Shown: positions 29,708 through 49,201, counted from the first letter of the stretch. The stretch: 64,000 bases of DNA from the human T2T-CHM13v2.0 reference genome, Homo sapiens (GCF_009914755.1 NC_060937.1); one strand, 5' to 3'. Made by a program: numbers and translations. The notes: generated by a model not told the origin, from the sequence alone.

Positions 29708-30112
29708 ATGAAGGTGATTAGCCTTCATTTATTAAGGTGTAACCATAGCAAATTAAAGTATCTTATTTATACTTGTATTGCTTTCTGTAATCAAATAAGT
29801 ATTATTTGGATATTTGAGTTTAGTTTTCAAAGATTTCATCAAGTTGTTAAAAGTATAAGTATTGTCTAAAAGCTAAATAAACTCATATTAGAAAAAAAAA
29901 ACAACCTAGATTTCTAGTTGTTAAATTCAGTTACCTGCCACACATCCTCATCATACTTATAACCTTCACTAGGCATTTGTCGAATTTCTCAGAACTCCCT
30001 TCTCTTTGCTTCTTGAATCACCTGCCTTCGTTTATTTTCCATCACTTAACTTCTGGATAATCTTATCCCTTTCCGCAACTTCAGTTACTATCAATAGGCT
30101 AGTAATTTCTAT

Positions 30113-30394
30113 AGTTAGACACAGGGTCTCACTGTGTTGCCCAGGCTGGAGTGCAGTGGTACAATCATAGCTCACTGCAGTCTCAAACTCCTGGGCTCAA
30201 GTGATTCCCCCTGCCTCATCCTCCCAAGTAGCTGAGACTACAGACACATGCCATCATGCCCAACTAATTATTTTTTGTAGAGACACGGTCTCACTATGTT
30301 GCCTAGAGTGATCTCAAACTCCTGGCCTCAAGGGATCCCCCTGCCTGGGCCTCCCAAAACGCTGGGATTATAGGCATAAGCCACCATGCACAGC
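30113..30394 (-). mobile_element. AluJ lacking its tail
   Basis: Reverse Alu. Confidence 0.88.
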
Positions 30395-30455
30395 TGAAAA
30401 TTTAACATTATTTGCATTTCCTCTTTCTTCCCTGAAACTTCCTAATTTTTCTGTA

Positions 30456-30712
30456 CAGTTGCTCTCTCTATTAGCAGATACTGCATCTCAGATTTAATCA
30501 CCTGTGGATTGAAAATATTGGGGAAAAGACAATAATAAAAAATAATACATTTTTAAAAATACAATATAACAACTATTATATATAGCATGTACATTGTGTT
30601 AGGTATTGTAAGTGATGCAGACATGGTTTAAAGTGTATGTGAAGGTGTAGATATGTTATATGCAGATATATATATATATACCATTTTATATAAGGGACTT
30701 AATCCTGTGGAT
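30456..30712 (-). mobile_element. MER2/MER2B (Tigger-family MITE), partial
   Basis: ta-cagtt start; tacattgtgttaggtattgtaagt...ccattttatataagggactt. Confidence 0.75.
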
Positions 30713-31558
30713 TAAAACTTCACATACCTTACAAGTCTATGCTTCTGCACATGGACTTCTCTCCTATTCCTTCACTGAATCTCAGTCTCCCCATATCTAC
30801 CCTATACCTTGTAGCATGGGAAATAGTGGCACTCAGATGCAGTTGCCCTGCGCTCTGCTTCTAAGACACATTGTTCAGATCTCTTTAATAGCATTGTTCA
30901 GATCCCTTTAGTAGCATTGACCAAGTTGTATAATACATTGTTTCTGTAATTAATCCCTGCTAGAATAGTTATCCCATGATTTATTAATCCATTAAGTATT
31001 AAACTCACATTTAGCATGTCCATTAATATCTAACTTATGGGTTTTTGAGATGTGAACTAAATTTACCCCTCTCTCCTCTGAATTTAGAACTATTAAGGAG
31101 AAACAAGAGTCAGTTACATATCTAAATGTTAGCTCTAGTTCCAGTAGAGCTTATTTGGAGAACTCATCTTGGATCTGGACTTACCTGCTAGCTGATCATA
31201 GTATTGGTAATGGCATGTATCATCTCTTCCATGTGTCTCTCTCAACTAATAATTCTTCCTCAGAAAGCTAATCCTGATTCACCATGAAAGATAGGGACAA
31301 AATTAAAAGAAAACAGTTAATAAATGTTTCTAAAATCTTTACTACAGAAGGGCCAATCAACAAATGTATCCCTATTACATTGATAGGCATGCAGAAGATG
31401 AAACATCATGATGGTTGTAAAATATGTGGCTTTGTTTTAATTCTGAAATATTCCTGAAAGTGAATATCTTTTTAACATTAAAATAATGGCTGGTGATAAA
31501 TAATATTATGAAAGTTTTTATATGTCAATGACTGCTTTTACTTGAGCTATTAAAACTA

Positions 31559-31914
<356 letters not shown>

Positions 31915-32581
31915 TATATATATATATATATTTTTTTAATCCCAACTTGCAGTAAAATGTCATTGCATTTCAAGTTTTTTACCCAGAAGATGTTAACCTG
32001 TTAGTTAAAATTCCTTTTGGGAAGTAGTGTGACAATAGCAGAATTTAAAAGTAAATTATTTTCACATAATTTTTTTACATTTAAAAAAAGTAAGGCCATC
32101 AATACATGCTTAGAGCTGCACAGTTTTTAATAGAGTAACCTACATAAGTACATAATTTTATTGTTGCAAATTAAAATAAAGTTGTTCTGATAAAATAATA
32201 TTTGTCCTAATTTAAAAATCATTTATCAAGAACAGAATTGATGACTTTGATATGTTATCATTATTTGTTATATTACATAGCATATTTCATGCAAAAAGCC
32301 TTTGAGTCCTTCAGAATAATACATGTATTATTATACTTTTTAACAAGAAAACCTAACATGATATGATGCAATCCCTTATACATTTCAAAAATAAATGGAG
32401 CAAATTCAAGCAAGGATATACTTTAAGAAATATGTTTCTACTTACAAATGGGCTGTTTAAGATTACATATTAGCCCTTTCTAATGTTTTTATCCTCCCTA
32501 ATTTGTTATAACCTCCTTTATTTTCACTTCTGCCATCTTTTTTAAAGGAAAAATAAAGTTATTTCACATTATACACTTTAA

Positions 32582-32683
<102 letters not shown>

Positions 32684-33178
32684 TAAAATCAATATATATT
32701 TATTTTATTTATCTACTCAAGATGAATGTAATTACATTTGTGCTTTCTGATAATGTGCTGAGTTCAGTGACAAAGTCCTTTATTCTTACTCTGCATAAAT
32801 ATTAAATTTCTCACAAAATAAAACACTAATAATCATGTATTTCATATATATTTAAATAAATTTAGTGGTTTGTAGAAGTGTGCATAAGAATTTCTGTAGA
32901 ATTAGATTCGATGATAAGGACCTTGTTTTTATTTTCACATTAATTTCAGATGAGCTACAAATGCTTTGTATCAAGAATATTCAGATTAAAATTCATTGTG
33001 CTTTTTTTTTTTCTTTCTCTCATTTTTATTCAACTGCCTACATTCCTTCACATACATGTTAGGGAGAGTGATTTGGAATTAATGCATATATTGTAATTGA
33101 AACTATGAAAGGCTTTACAAAACCAAGAGAATATTTAGAAGACCCACTAGTTATCTTGTGAGATAATGTTTAAAAGTA

Positions 33179-33523
33179 CAGTCAGCCCTCTATATCCATG
33201 GGTTTCACATGTGTGAATTCAACCAACCGCTTATCAAAAATATTCGCGAAAAGAATGGATGATTGCATCTATGCTGAGTATGTGCCGACTTTTTTTCTTG
33301 TCATTATTCCTTAATACAGTTATTCACATAGCATTTACATTTTGTTAGGTATTATAAGTAATCTAGAGATGATTTAAAGTATATGGGAGGATATGCGTAG
33401 GTTGTATGCAAATATTATACCAATTGTATGTAAGGGACTTGAGCACTCATGGATTTTGGTATCCACAGGAGGTGGAGAATGTACACTGGAACCATGCATC
33501 CCGTGGATACCAACAGACAACTG
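33179..33523 (-). mobile_element. MER2, full length
   Basis: Terminal inverted repeats cagtc.../...aactg flanked by TA target duplications; internal aagggacttgagca...ggattttggtatcc. Confidence 0.9.
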
Positions 33524-33854
33524 TACGCTAACAGAAAATTATACCTACATTAATCAGGTTTCCAGTTGACCTGCCTGATTTTTATTCCTAACTCCTCTCT
33601 TGCACGAAAATTTATCCTGCTTTGCAAAAACATCTCACGGCCCCATTCACTACCACATCAAATCCATCAAATCTAAATGTTTCTTTCAGACTTCCACGCG
33701 CCTCTATAATGTAGCTCTATCTCTCCAGCCTTATTTGCCTCTCTACCCAAAGTGCAGTGGATATACCTATTTCTCTGCCTATAAAGCAACTGTTTTCTCT
33801 GTACCACACAGCAGAGCATTTCTCTTATCTCATTAGCTATCATTTCCTGTGTAA

Positions 33855-34557
<703 letters not shown>

Positions 34558-35198
34558 TAACTCAGTGCAGGATACCTAGTAAAATTGTTTCTTCATCAGA
34601 GCGTTTGAGAATTCAGAGTTGCTTTTTTTTATGTGAACTGATTTAGACATTTAGAGACATTGTACACTAAGAAAATGACTCAGAAAATAGAACATCTATA
34701 TGGCTATCTAAAATGATGTATCCTCATTAATATAGTGGTGAATAAAAAAATAAAGTGATGTAGAATATAGAGCACTTTATAGAAAGCAAGAAAAGGATGC
34801 TTAGAACTTATGGCTCTTACCAGTTAAACTAAATATATGCCAAATTTTGATCAAGGCGAGCTGAATAGAAAGTATATATTTGTAGCTGGAATGTTTAATT
34901 CTGTCTGGTGAGGATTCAGATATTTCAGAATTATGTATTTTTAAAAAATCAGTCCCATTCCCATTTCCTCTAAAAGTCACAATGGGTAACCTAGGATATT
35001 TTGTAATTTTCAGCATATCTGTTTCTTAGTCCAATGTTGCCTAAGGAAGAATAGAACATAGTTTTGTGGGTAAGAGACTTATCAGTAGTAAATGATAGGT
35101 AAAATACTAAAACTTGAAATTTAAAGGGAAAGGTCATATTCTTTTCTCTATTTTGGCCTCTGAATCCTTCAAAAGAATCTTTGTTACAAGAAAAAATA

Positions 35199-35512
35199 GG
35201 GCTGGGTGCAGTGACTCACACCTGTATTCCCAACACTTTGAGAGGCCAATGCAGGCAAATTGCTTGAGTCCAGGAGTTTGAGAACAGCCTGGGCAACATG
35301 GCAAAACCCCATCTCTACAAAAAATACAAAAACTTAGCTGGGCATGGGGACATCTGCCTGTAGTCCCAGCTACCCTGCTCAGGAGGCTGAGGTGGGAGGA
35401 TTACCTGAGCTCAAGAGGTCGAGGCAGCAGTGAACCGTGATTGTCCACTTACGCTTCAGCCTGGGTGACAGAGTAAGACTCTGTCTCCAAAAAAAGAAAA
35501 ACAGAAAAGAAA
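35199..35512 (+). mobile_element. AluJ
   Basis: Dimeric Alu. Confidence 0.9.
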
Positions 35513-36153
35513 GAATTCTGCTGTTAGAACTTTGCTTTTCTTAGCCCCAAATGCTGAGTTCTTCAGAATCACAAACAATTATTGCTGTTGCACATTACTA
35601 TTTTTTTAAGAATTTTTAAAAATAGAGGTTGGTTTTTAATATTTAAAGTGAGGATTTAAGGAACCACAACTGATTCATACTCGAAATAATGTTAACTGTC
35701 CAAATATTCTAAAGATTCTATCACTGAGCTATCTATGTGCCTTGAACATGTGCCTAATGGGCATGCTATTAATATCTCCTGCCAGCTGGTGCCAGGCATT
35801 CTTCTCATGGTGAGCCAGAGGGTTATTTTGAGGAAGTGCTTCTCAGGTCATCTAAGCTGAATGACGGGAAAGTAAGGCTAGATATCCAAAGAGAACATTT
35901 ATGCATTCCTTCATGCATTCAACAACTTTTATTGAGTGCTTACTGTATGCACAAAATTGATCAATGGCACTAAAGATCCCAGGTTAGGGTCTGATACATT
36001 TCTGAAGTTTGCAAAGTCCACATTTGAGTTCATAATGGATATTTGTAAAGAAAGCGGTGGCTTTGCGCTCTTTTTATGTTTATTTAAGATAAAAGCAGTA
36101 TAACCTTTGAGAGAATTATATGTAATCCTTCACATTTGAAATTAAAGGATTGG

Positions 36154-36337
36154 AGCCAGACGCACTGGCATGTACCTGTAATCCCAGCTTCTGGGGAGCC
36201 TGAGGCAGAAGGATCACTTGAGACCAGCAGTTTGAAGCTGTAGTACACTATAATTGCACCTGTGACTAGTCACTGCACTCCAGTCTGGGCAACATAGAGA
36301 GACTCCCATCTCTCAAAAAAAGAAAAGAAAAAAAAAA
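36154..36337 (+). mobile_element. FAM (fossil Alu monomer)
   Basis: Single arm with cctgtgactagtcactgcactccag. Confidence 0.78.
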
Positions 36338-36554
36338 TCAGTGGAAACTTAAGGCGAATGATAAAACAACTCAGTCAAAACAGTAAATGAACTATATGCA
36401 AAATAAAGTTTTCATTGTACATCAGCCTATACCAAAATATATTAAAGTTTCAAAGGAACCTATTTTCCAACTACTACACAATAGATTCCATTCATATTAA
36501 ATTTGATTTAAAATCTTATATGTTCAACAACCAGAATTAGATATTTTAGGGTAA

Positions 36555-36926
<372 letters not shown>

Positions 36927-37510
36927 ATGTTTATTTCATAAAATTGGAAAATTACTGGTAATCCTACCATCCAAAATAACCACTCGGAAATGTATACAGA
37001 TATATATATATACTTTCTTATTTAAGATATTATTGCTTGTAATTTAATAGTTTAATTTATTGTCATAGAATTCCATTGTAAACATTTTCTTATGTCATTG
37101 GATATTCTTCAGAAAGGTCATTTTTAATGGTTATCCAAAACGTTAATTTTTAGTACTTCCATTTTTGAGTGCTATATTTTCATTACTTAATTGTATAGTT
37201 ACTGAAAAATATCATTAGTTGCCTATTGCAACCCAGGCAATAACACAAAATTAAAATGAGAAAATGGATGTGAAGTTCCTGACATAGAGTAGATCTTTAG
37301 TAAGTGCTAGGTCGTTACACCTTGATGTGTTTGTTCTTAAAGTAAATTACATAGTTAATTTTAGAGGAAAAGCCAGGGTTCTGAAATCTTTTACTAGGCA
37401 CAATTTGAGTTTTCATTTAAGACGATATTGTTTTAAAATTATACAGAAGCCTCTTGAAATAATTAGCAGGGATACCCCCCAAACATGAAACTTTCTTTAG
37501 TATCAGTCCA

Positions 37511-37798
<288 letters not shown>

Positions 37799-39196
37799 TA
37801 AAACTCTTTCTGGGACACAATTATAGAAAGTTACAAGGGCTTATACAATTAAAGTAGATTAAAATAAAATGGGCTCTCCTTGACTAAACTTGAAAATCTG
37901 AAGTAATGTTTTCCTTTCAGTTGTGATTGTTTTGAAAATAGCAAACATGATTTTCTAGTTACATGTTTTGGTTAAGCCCTTTAACCTGCCACACTAAATG
38001 GTGACACCCAGGCACTAACATGGTCTTTGTATATGCCTCTGTGTTTGTTTTGGCTAATCTGAATGTGGAGACTGTTCTGACGTTCTTAAACCTTTCAAAT
38101 TGTGAGATTACTGCGTACTATAGTTTCTCTCGTTTTATAAAAAGCTTTAAGTTAAAACTTTCAGTTTACTGAGCTTCATAATAAAAAAAAATAAAGCAGA
38201 GGAAACTAGCAAAATTTTGTGTATGACAAACATGTTTTCCTTTCCTTTATTCTCATATATATGAGTTCTCATTTTTGTCCTTGGGGAAACTTGTACTCAT
38301 TTCATTTGGGATGGCTTTAGGAATAGTTCTTTAAAAAGTTGCTGCTTTTCTATTCATGATAAATTTGGAAGTGTAAGCCTATAGAAGAAACTAGCGACAG
38401 TCTCATGTAACTACAGATAATCAGCATGAGATCACTGTTTAGTCCTTAGTCATTTCCAGCTGAGTAGATAGTATAAGGACCAGCCTTAAGCTTTTTGAAA
38501 GTGGGATCCTTCTGGCACATGTCCCCTTCTTTGCAACCATCTTTGATGCCATGCTAGTAGAGACAGGACTCTGATCTACTGAAAACTGAGAAAGATCAAA
38601 TAACTAATATAGCTAATAAGCATGCCTCACATATTCTTGCTCATTTCGAGTTTTGGTAATAGTAAGACACCGTACCAATACTGAAGAACCCAGAACAGAG
38701 CGTCAGTCCTCCATTGTGCTTTGATATCTCAGATATAAACAAAACTCTGTCATGTCCACATTTGCTAGGCTAAAAATGTTAGGAAATTGTATGTAGTAAT
38801 CAGAAATACAGACTGCCATGGACAGAGCCAAAACCAATAACCTGTATTTGGCATCAAGAAGTGCTAAGAGAGCTAAAAGATAACCCTTGGAGGAATACTA
38901 ATTTGACCAAGTAACAGGTGAAATTTTGGTTTAATATTTAGGTGTACAACCAATATACTGGTGGTGGTAGTTTCTAGCTGATATCAAACTTAATCTTGGT
39001 ATAAGTGAAAATCATTTAAGCAATTAATGTATTAATTACAAAGAAGTATTGTATCTATTTAAGTGTCCCAATAGATAGCTTATAAAAAGCATTGCTTTCT
39101 TGAGAAATTCAGTACATTCTACACCAAAAATAACATTTAGCAAGAGTCATTTTTCCTGACCATGTTTATAGTTATTCTTCTTGAAGATCTTAGCAG

Positions 39197-39487
<291 letters not shown>

Positions 39488-39964
39488 TTTTTTTAAATAA
39501 AGATCTTAGGACTTGTTTTCATTGTATGTTTATTGTGTTAAGGAGGCATAAACTCAGCTGTAGTTGAGCAGTTCTTCATTTGTCTTGTTTTGAATTTCAT
39601 TTAAACACTCTTCTTTCTTCCCACTTGTAAGATCCCAGACTTCTAAAGAGGATCCACCTATAGCACCAAATCACTCACCAAAGCAATATGCCCACTTAAA
39701 GTTTTAGGAGGTTGAATATAGAAGTGGTGAATTGGTATCTAAGACATTTGCCTTCTTCTTTGTGCACTTTTTAATTGCTAGTTCAATGCTTAATACTGAG
39801 CATTAGTTGTACTTTATTTTTTTTCTTTAATTGCCCATTATTGGCAATAGGTGTACCTTAATGTTGAGGTGCTGCAACTTCGGAGTATGGTTTCTAACAG
39901 TGTGTTCATTTGAACAAAATGCACTTACAACAAGATCAGTCCAGAGGTACTTATCGCTATGCAC

Positions 39965-40241
39965 ATGTCTCACGCCTATAATCCCAGCACTGTAGGAGGC
40001 TGAGGTGGAAGGATCACCTGAGCCCAGGAGTTTGAGACTAGCCTGGGTAACAATGTGAAACACAGCCTCTACAAAAATTTTAAAAATGAGCCAATCATCC
40101 TAATGCACCTGTGGTCCCAGCTATGTGGGAGGATGAGCTGGGTCACTTGAGCGCAGGAGGTCAAGACTGCAGTAGCCATGTTTGCACCATTGCACTTCCT
40201 GGCCTGGGCAATAGAGTGAGACCCTGCCAGAAAAAAAAAAA
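39965..40241 (+). mobile_element. AluJ with eroded 5' end
   Basis: Dimeric Alu. Confidence 0.88.
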
Positions 40242-40980
40242 GAAGATTTATTAAGTACCTACTCTGATAAGCTCTACAGTTAGATACCACAGGGGATAAG
40301 ACTCCTGTCATTTTATGAGTTGCATCTGTTTAGGGAGAAATGATTAACATACATGAAAGAATATATAAACTTTAGTACTATATCATATGTTGGGTTAGGC
40401 TATGTCAGTCAGAGGAATAGAGATCCGTGAAGGCTGGCACAGTCAAAAATGGAGGAAGTGGAACTCGACGGGAGCCTTTAAAGAAAATCTTCAGACTGGA
40501 GGACCAAGAAAAGGCAGTGGAAGGAATACAGAAAACATATTTGTGAGACGTTAAGTAGAGTAGACATGAAGGGCAAATAAGGTTAGTTCCAGTGAGATTA
40601 TAGAGGGTCTTGATATTTTTAAATAATTTAGAGATAGAGTAAAACTAACCATGAAGGTCAGATTTGAAAGTGAGTGGGAACAGGATATAGACATCAGTTC
40701 ACTATGTAAGAAATACAGATGTCTGACAAACATGAAACAATGCTTAATCTCACAAATAAATTTAATTTAAAACAGGATTTTATGTTTATCTATAAGGTTA
40801 GCAAAACTTCCAAAGATTGACAATGCTCAGTATTGGTTGGGTTATGAAGAAACAGGAGATATGAATGAACAGGAATTCATTCATTCAATAGATAATTTCT
40901 AAGTACCTCCTTTGTACCAGGTATTTATTGTTGAACTGTAACAGGTTTTTATATTTTCTGGATTCAAGTCTCTTAACTGA

Positions 40981-41357
<377 letters not shown>

Positions 41358-41649
41358 CTGTTTTTCTTTTTCATGACAAAACTGAAATGGTTAAAATCTT
41401 TTTACTTTCTTAATGGTGCATTTTGAAGCCCAGAATTTTAAAATTTTGATGCAGTCCAGTTTATCCAATTTTTTTTGTTACTTATGCTTTTGCTGCCCTG
41501 AGAATCTTTTGCTAAATCTAATTTTGTGAGGATTTACTCATATGTTTTCTTCTAAAAGTTTATAGTTTTAGCTTCTGTATTTAGGTCTTTGATCCATTCT
41601 AATTAATTTTTTGGTATCATATGAGGTAAGGGCTTTGTACTGTTTATTA

Positions 41650-41716
41650 ATGTGGCTACTAGAAAATTTTAAATTGCATATGTGGCTTGCATTATATTTC
41701 CATTGGACAAAGCTGA
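41650..41716 (-). mobile_element. MER33-like end fragment
   Basis: aatgtggctactagaaaattttaaattgcatatgtggcttgcattatatttccattggaca. Confidence 0.65.
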
Positions 41717-41722
41717 CCTAGA

Positions 41723-41981
41723 CCAGTGGTCTCCAAACTTTTTGATACGAATTTTTATTGGGAAAAAATTTGAGTACACACTCAGCAATATATGCATATG
41801 TATTCATATTTATTTATAGATTATGTACGCATGTGCTATCATATGAATAGTATGCACATAATGATATAAAACCTACACAGCAAATGAAAACTTAAGATAA
41901 TTTAACATTAAAATAAATGTAAGTAAAAGTTCCCACAGTTCAAGAAATAATTTTGCACATAACTACTTTTAAAGACCACTG
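41723..41981 (+). mobile_element. MER112-like hAT-Charlie MITE
   Basis: TIRs cagtggtctccaaa.../...aaagaccactg flanked by NTCTAGAN-type target sites. Confidence 0.7.
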
Positions 41982-42579
41982 GTCTAGATTATGATCATAA
42001 CCTTCTAAATGACTGTAGTCTTCTTCCTTCTGCAGGCCATCCTGCACACTACTGATAGAGCACTCTTTCTAAAGTGCGGGCCAGATCGTGTTATGTCTAA
42101 CCAACTTCAGGATAAAATCCAAACATACAAGGCTTTTCATAAAATATCTCTGCCTATATCTCTCTAGCTTCAACCCTCACCATGCACCATATATTATTGA
42201 TCTATACTCTACTACTTAGAATTTTCCCTAGCACTTCATCCTCTACATAGGCATTTCCCTCTACCTAAAATGCTGTTTCTCTGCTTCTTCACCAGATTAG
42301 TTAGTATAGTTTTTATTCCTTAGTGGTATGCCTTTTCTTAGCATTTAGCATACTACAGTAATTTTTAAATTTGCCTGTCTTCCTCAGTAGACTATTAGAT
42401 CTTCCCAGTAGATATTATGTATTCTCAGTGCCTATGCAGATTATAGGTTTTTAATACATGTTTCTTCAAAGGAAGTGTTCATGAATATTTTTCGAATGAA
42501 TTAATGAGTGTGTTTCTTCTAATTCACCCTGCTTTTCTGCAGTCATTGATATTCATCACCAAGAAAAAATAGTAATTTC

Positions 42580-43159
<580 letters not shown>

Positions 43160-43451
43160 AATTTTTTTTTACTGTTTTTGTTTTACTGTAAGTATTATAA
43201 TGATGAAAAACAGTTATATTTCTTGTTTCTGCTGTGTTCTTTTGCTTAAATATATCTTTATATTTCTTTTCATTAAATCTTAATATAATCTCTTATATCC
43301 TTAATAATACAATCTTAATAAATCTGAGTATAATCTTTTAATGAAAGATTTTATATTATCTTTTGTTCTTTTCTGTGTATGTGTGTTTGTACTACATTAG
43401 TGGGCTAAATGGGTCTTTTAGGGCAACTGAGAACTTTAATACCATTTCTAA

Positions 43452-43454
43452 TAT

Positions 43455-43493
<39 letters not shown>

Positions 43494-43558
43494 CACACAT
43501 ATATATATACATATATATATACATATATATACATATATATATATATACATATATATAT
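43452..43558. repeat. Interrupted (TA)n/(TACA) microsatellite
   Basis: Direct reading. Confidence 0.92.
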
Positions 43559-43949
43559 GAGGAAATGTGTTTTACTGTTCTTACAACTGACTTAGAGGTG
43601 AGTTTTTAAAATGTGAACCCCATATATACTGGAGACCAATTGTACCATGTTGTCTTCTACATTATTATCATTATGCATCATAAATGACATCAACAGTCAT
43701 ACTAATACTCACGGTCCTTCCCGTCACCATCAATTCTCAGAAAGTTTTTCTCAGTAAAATTGTACTATAAACTAGTAATCAAAGCACTGTAGAGTATATT
43801 TGTAAGCAATTTGAAGATACCTTAGATACTTTCCTTCTATTTAGAGTTGATTTTCCTTACTTGGAATCTCCCAGTCAAAATCAGGGAAATTCCTTTTTGA
43901 AGAAAGTAGTCCTGGTGTTAAGGCTTAAGCACTAGCATACCAAGAATTT

Positions 43950-44272
<323 letters not shown>

Positions 44273-44919
44273 TGATATTTTTATTGGTAAGCGGTATCAC
44301 CCTATCTGTATAAGAACATTATAGAATTCCCAAACAAAATAAAAGCACTCAAACCAAATGAACAATTTAATATTATTAAACTTGATGTCTTCAAGTCATT
44401 ATCTTGTTCAGATTGTTGGTAATATGTGACCTCTGCATCTCATTTTCTTGCATGTCTTTGTCTTCCATTTCATTCATTTGTAACTCTAGTTCTGTGTAAT
44501 TGCATTTGATTGTGTTTATTGTTCTATACTGAGTATACACCTACTTGTTCTACACCTTCAACATATTTATTGAAAAATTACCATGTTTAAGTGACCCTAG
44601 TGTGAAGTTCTGTGGGACACAAAAAGATAAAAAAAAGTTAACACCTAACATATATGAAGAGTAAGAAAGCAAGAATAAAAATGTGAATAAAGATAGCTCC
44701 AAGATTTTTTAATTAACCTAATAAAAATAGAGCTAATGATAAACTGATGCTTGCAAACGTATAATGGAATCAACGGATTTTAAATGCAAAATTCACATTA
44801 AGTCTTATTTTATTTGTAGAAATCTTGTTATTTTAGGGTCAAATTAGAGAGAACTTAGTATATTTTTATTGGGAAATGAAGAACAATATAGTCATAAACT
44901 GTAAACTCCTTAAAAATTT

Positions 44920-45187
44920 ATAAAGAGAGAAAGATTAATGGTTCCCTAAGGTTGAATTTGAGGAGCAAAGGAGGAAGTTGGAATGTGGGGAGGATGGAGA
45001 GTGACTGGTAATGGACACAGAAATTCTTCTTGAGATAATGAAAATGCTCTAAAATTAGATTATAGTGATAGTGGCACAACTCTAAATATACTAAAAATCA
45101 TTGAATTGTACACTTTAAATTGGTGGACTTTATGATATGTAAGTTGCATATCAGTAAAATTGTATGTCAGTAAAGTTTAAAAAAAAA
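44920..45187 (+). mobile_element. L1MB/MC 3'UTR end
   Basis: gtgactggtaatggac...atgaaaatgctctaaaattagat...ttgaattgtacactttaaa. Confidence 0.8.
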
Positions 45188-45353
45188 GTGGTTGTCAAAA
45201 AATGAGGACTGTATGCTTTTTCCATCTCTAATGCCAGTTGAAAGAATTTTAGATCTAAACAAGCAACTCAAATCACTTTATAAACTTTTGCCAGAACTCA
45301 TCTTTTTTATTTGGTATGAGTTCTTAGAAATAGATATATAGAATGATATTTAA

Positions 45354-45662
<309 letters not shown>

Positions 45663-46637
45663 TAACATTATTTTTTAGAATGTTGTCTGCATTTCTTTAT
45701 CTGATATTGGGAAATATTAAAATACAATAGAATTTTTTCTGCCCTATGATTTTATTTAAAGCACAGTTATCTTACTTTTTGTCATTATAAAACATTCCAT
45801 CTAGGATTCCATGGATTCTGCAATTCACAGATTAATAGGTTAACTAGTATAAAATATGAAAATATGATAAATATGAAAATGTTAAGTTACTGGAAATGCA
45901 GAGAGGTTCTTTGGAGCAATATGTCTTCTCAAAATTATTAGCAGTTCTTTAAAGAAATATACCACTTCCTCCCACCATAGTTAGAAGGAATAGATTTTAT
46001 TCTTAAAATTGTTTCTTAAAAGTAGAATTGAGATGTTTCATATGTAATTTTAAATACTAAAGGTCAGTGCAATAAGTTATGGTAATGCAGAGCATCAGAG
46101 GGAGTGATTTTTTTCTTTTAGTACAGAAGCTTAGCCTTTACTATAGACATTCTCTAAGTTTTATATATCTTTTTCATCTCCACTTTCAATTAAAAACCTC
46201 ATTTTTGTTTTATATTATAACATGCATTATGTTGTTTAAAGTAAACTCTGATACTTCTCAAAGTGATAAGCTAATTATTGTTTGTAATATTTCAACTAAT
46301 TTTCTGATTTGTAATTGGAAAATATTTATAAAAGTGGAGACAAGCTGTAAATTGCTGTATTGTGGTCTTTTCAAGCAAGTGTTATAATGTTACCTCTCCA
46401 CTTTTATAGCAAGGGCTAAAAACCGTTACTGCAGTAATCAGTCTATCACGGTTATGTTTTAATGTTGTTACTCTCATAATTCTGAGTTGTGGGGTATTGG
46501 TCTTCCACTACTGGTGCCTGAAAATATTATTTGACTCTATATTTTTTCTGTTAATATTTAAGTATAATTAGGAAATGATGTCTATTTTCAAGTACACAAA
46601 CACATTTTGAATATTTTGGGCAGTATTTCACTTTTAA

Positions 46638-46793
<156 letters not shown>

Positions 46794-47219
46794 TGAAGAA
46801 TCACAGTATTCATTTTAATTGTTTGTAACTCTTTTATTTTTCTAAGCAGTTTTAAAATAAGCTGTTTGCTAGTACAAAATGATTTCACAATTTATGAAAC
46901 TAACTGAATGTTAAGGCCATAAAAAACAACTTACAGTGTATGGCAAAACTGAGAACAAAAGGGAGATTAAATGCCCAGACTAAGTATAAATGCAGACTAG
47001 ACAGACAGAGCTTTGATTTCTGAGAATATCAACTGGTAAAACAGGTTTGGCAAACTTTGGTGACATTTTAAGTTTTTTACTAATCATTTTTAAGATAGAT
47101 TTGGTTTTTACCTCTGTGTTTAATGAGAAATCACTCCTCTGTTAAATTTAACTTTGTTTACACTTAGAAAATCAGGCTCATATTGCTTCTTTTTCTTAGC
47201 CTTATGTCATTTAAACTAC

Positions 47220-47220
<1 letters not shown>

Positions 47221-47257
<37 letters not shown>
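47221..47257. repeat. (TA)n microsatellite
   Basis: Direct reading. Confidence 0.95.
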
Positions 47258-47262
<5 letters not shown>

Positions 47263-47343
47263 CATTTTACATAGCATTTTTAATCATCTTCTGATGTCAA
47301 GATCTAATTTTATTTTTCTGTACTTTTGAAATGCGAGTCATAA

Positions 47344-47755
<412 letters not shown>

Positions 47756-48001
47756 AAGAAGTTAATATTTTAAAAGTTTTAAAAACTATTTCTCTTATAA
47801 CAAAGGGTTTTTTCAAGTCATACATTAAATAACATTAATATATGTTGTTTATTATTTGTTTTCTTAAGGATCTGTTTATATTCTTTAGAGTGTCTTTTCA
47901 TACTATAACATTAGGAGGATCTTTATCCTCAAATTTCGAAAGACCAGAAATACTTCATTTTATTGCAGTTCCTGACACATAGTTAATGCTTGGGGTTGAC
48001 A

Positions 48002-48587
48002 CAGTGGTGTGTTGGTAAATGTTAACAGCCAGCTTTCCAAGAGGGATATGAGGGAGAGCTTGATTTGTAACATTGGCTTGTATCTCTTTTATAAATACTC
48101 CCACCATGGCTGACTTCAAACTACCAACCTAAGGTTACTGAAGATGGAGTAAAGATTGTCAGCAGCATACCAGTACTTAATGTTTGCACCATACAGATAC
48201 AACAGACATAGGTAAACTCAAGAGCACAGATAATAGTAAAATAATTTTAAATTGACAAATTTGATTGTTTTTACCTTTGTTTTTAATAAAATGTATTTTA
48301 CTATAAATTTAAATAATTTAGTTTAGTTTTTAATGCTAGTTGTGTTTGATAGCCAGCCCACAAAATTCCTAAAAATTTTCAGGATTCATTTGTACTTCAT
48401 TCTTTTCATTGCTGAGTAATTTCTTTGTGTGGATGTACCAGTTTGTTTATCCATTTACTTGTTGATGGACATTGGAGTCATTTCCAGTTTTTGGAATAAA
48501 GCTCATATGAACATTCATGTACAAGTCTTTGTATGAAATAATAGAGAACTCCTACAAGCTGCTGCAAGCCAAGTCCAGCACACTGCT
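48002..48587. mobile_element. MER63-type hAT-Blackjack element, interrupted at about 48376-48535
   Basis: Starts cagtggtgtgttgg; taaatactcccaccatggctgacttcaaactaccaac; ends ccagcacactgct. Confidence 0.75.
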
Positions 48588-48772
48588 AGGTGGAAGCAGA
48601 AAAGATAAATAAATAAACAAACAAACAAACCTCTGTTTGCTAATATATTGTAGATCCCTCATGTTGCCTTTAATTTCACAGTAATTTTCAAAAATATTTT
48701 TTAAAAGTAAAATATTAAAATACATGCCTTCCTGAGCATTTCAGTTAATTGAAATAAGAATTTCTAAATGTG

Positions 48773-49201
<429 letters not shown>

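Noticed and set aside
39945-40260. aggtactta / taagtacct inverted 9-mers flanking an AluJ
   Set aside because: Short; the right copy fits an L2 relic motif, so probably coincidence.
43363-43609. Ile/Tyr-rich ORFs
   Set aside because: Translation of a (TA)n microsatellite.
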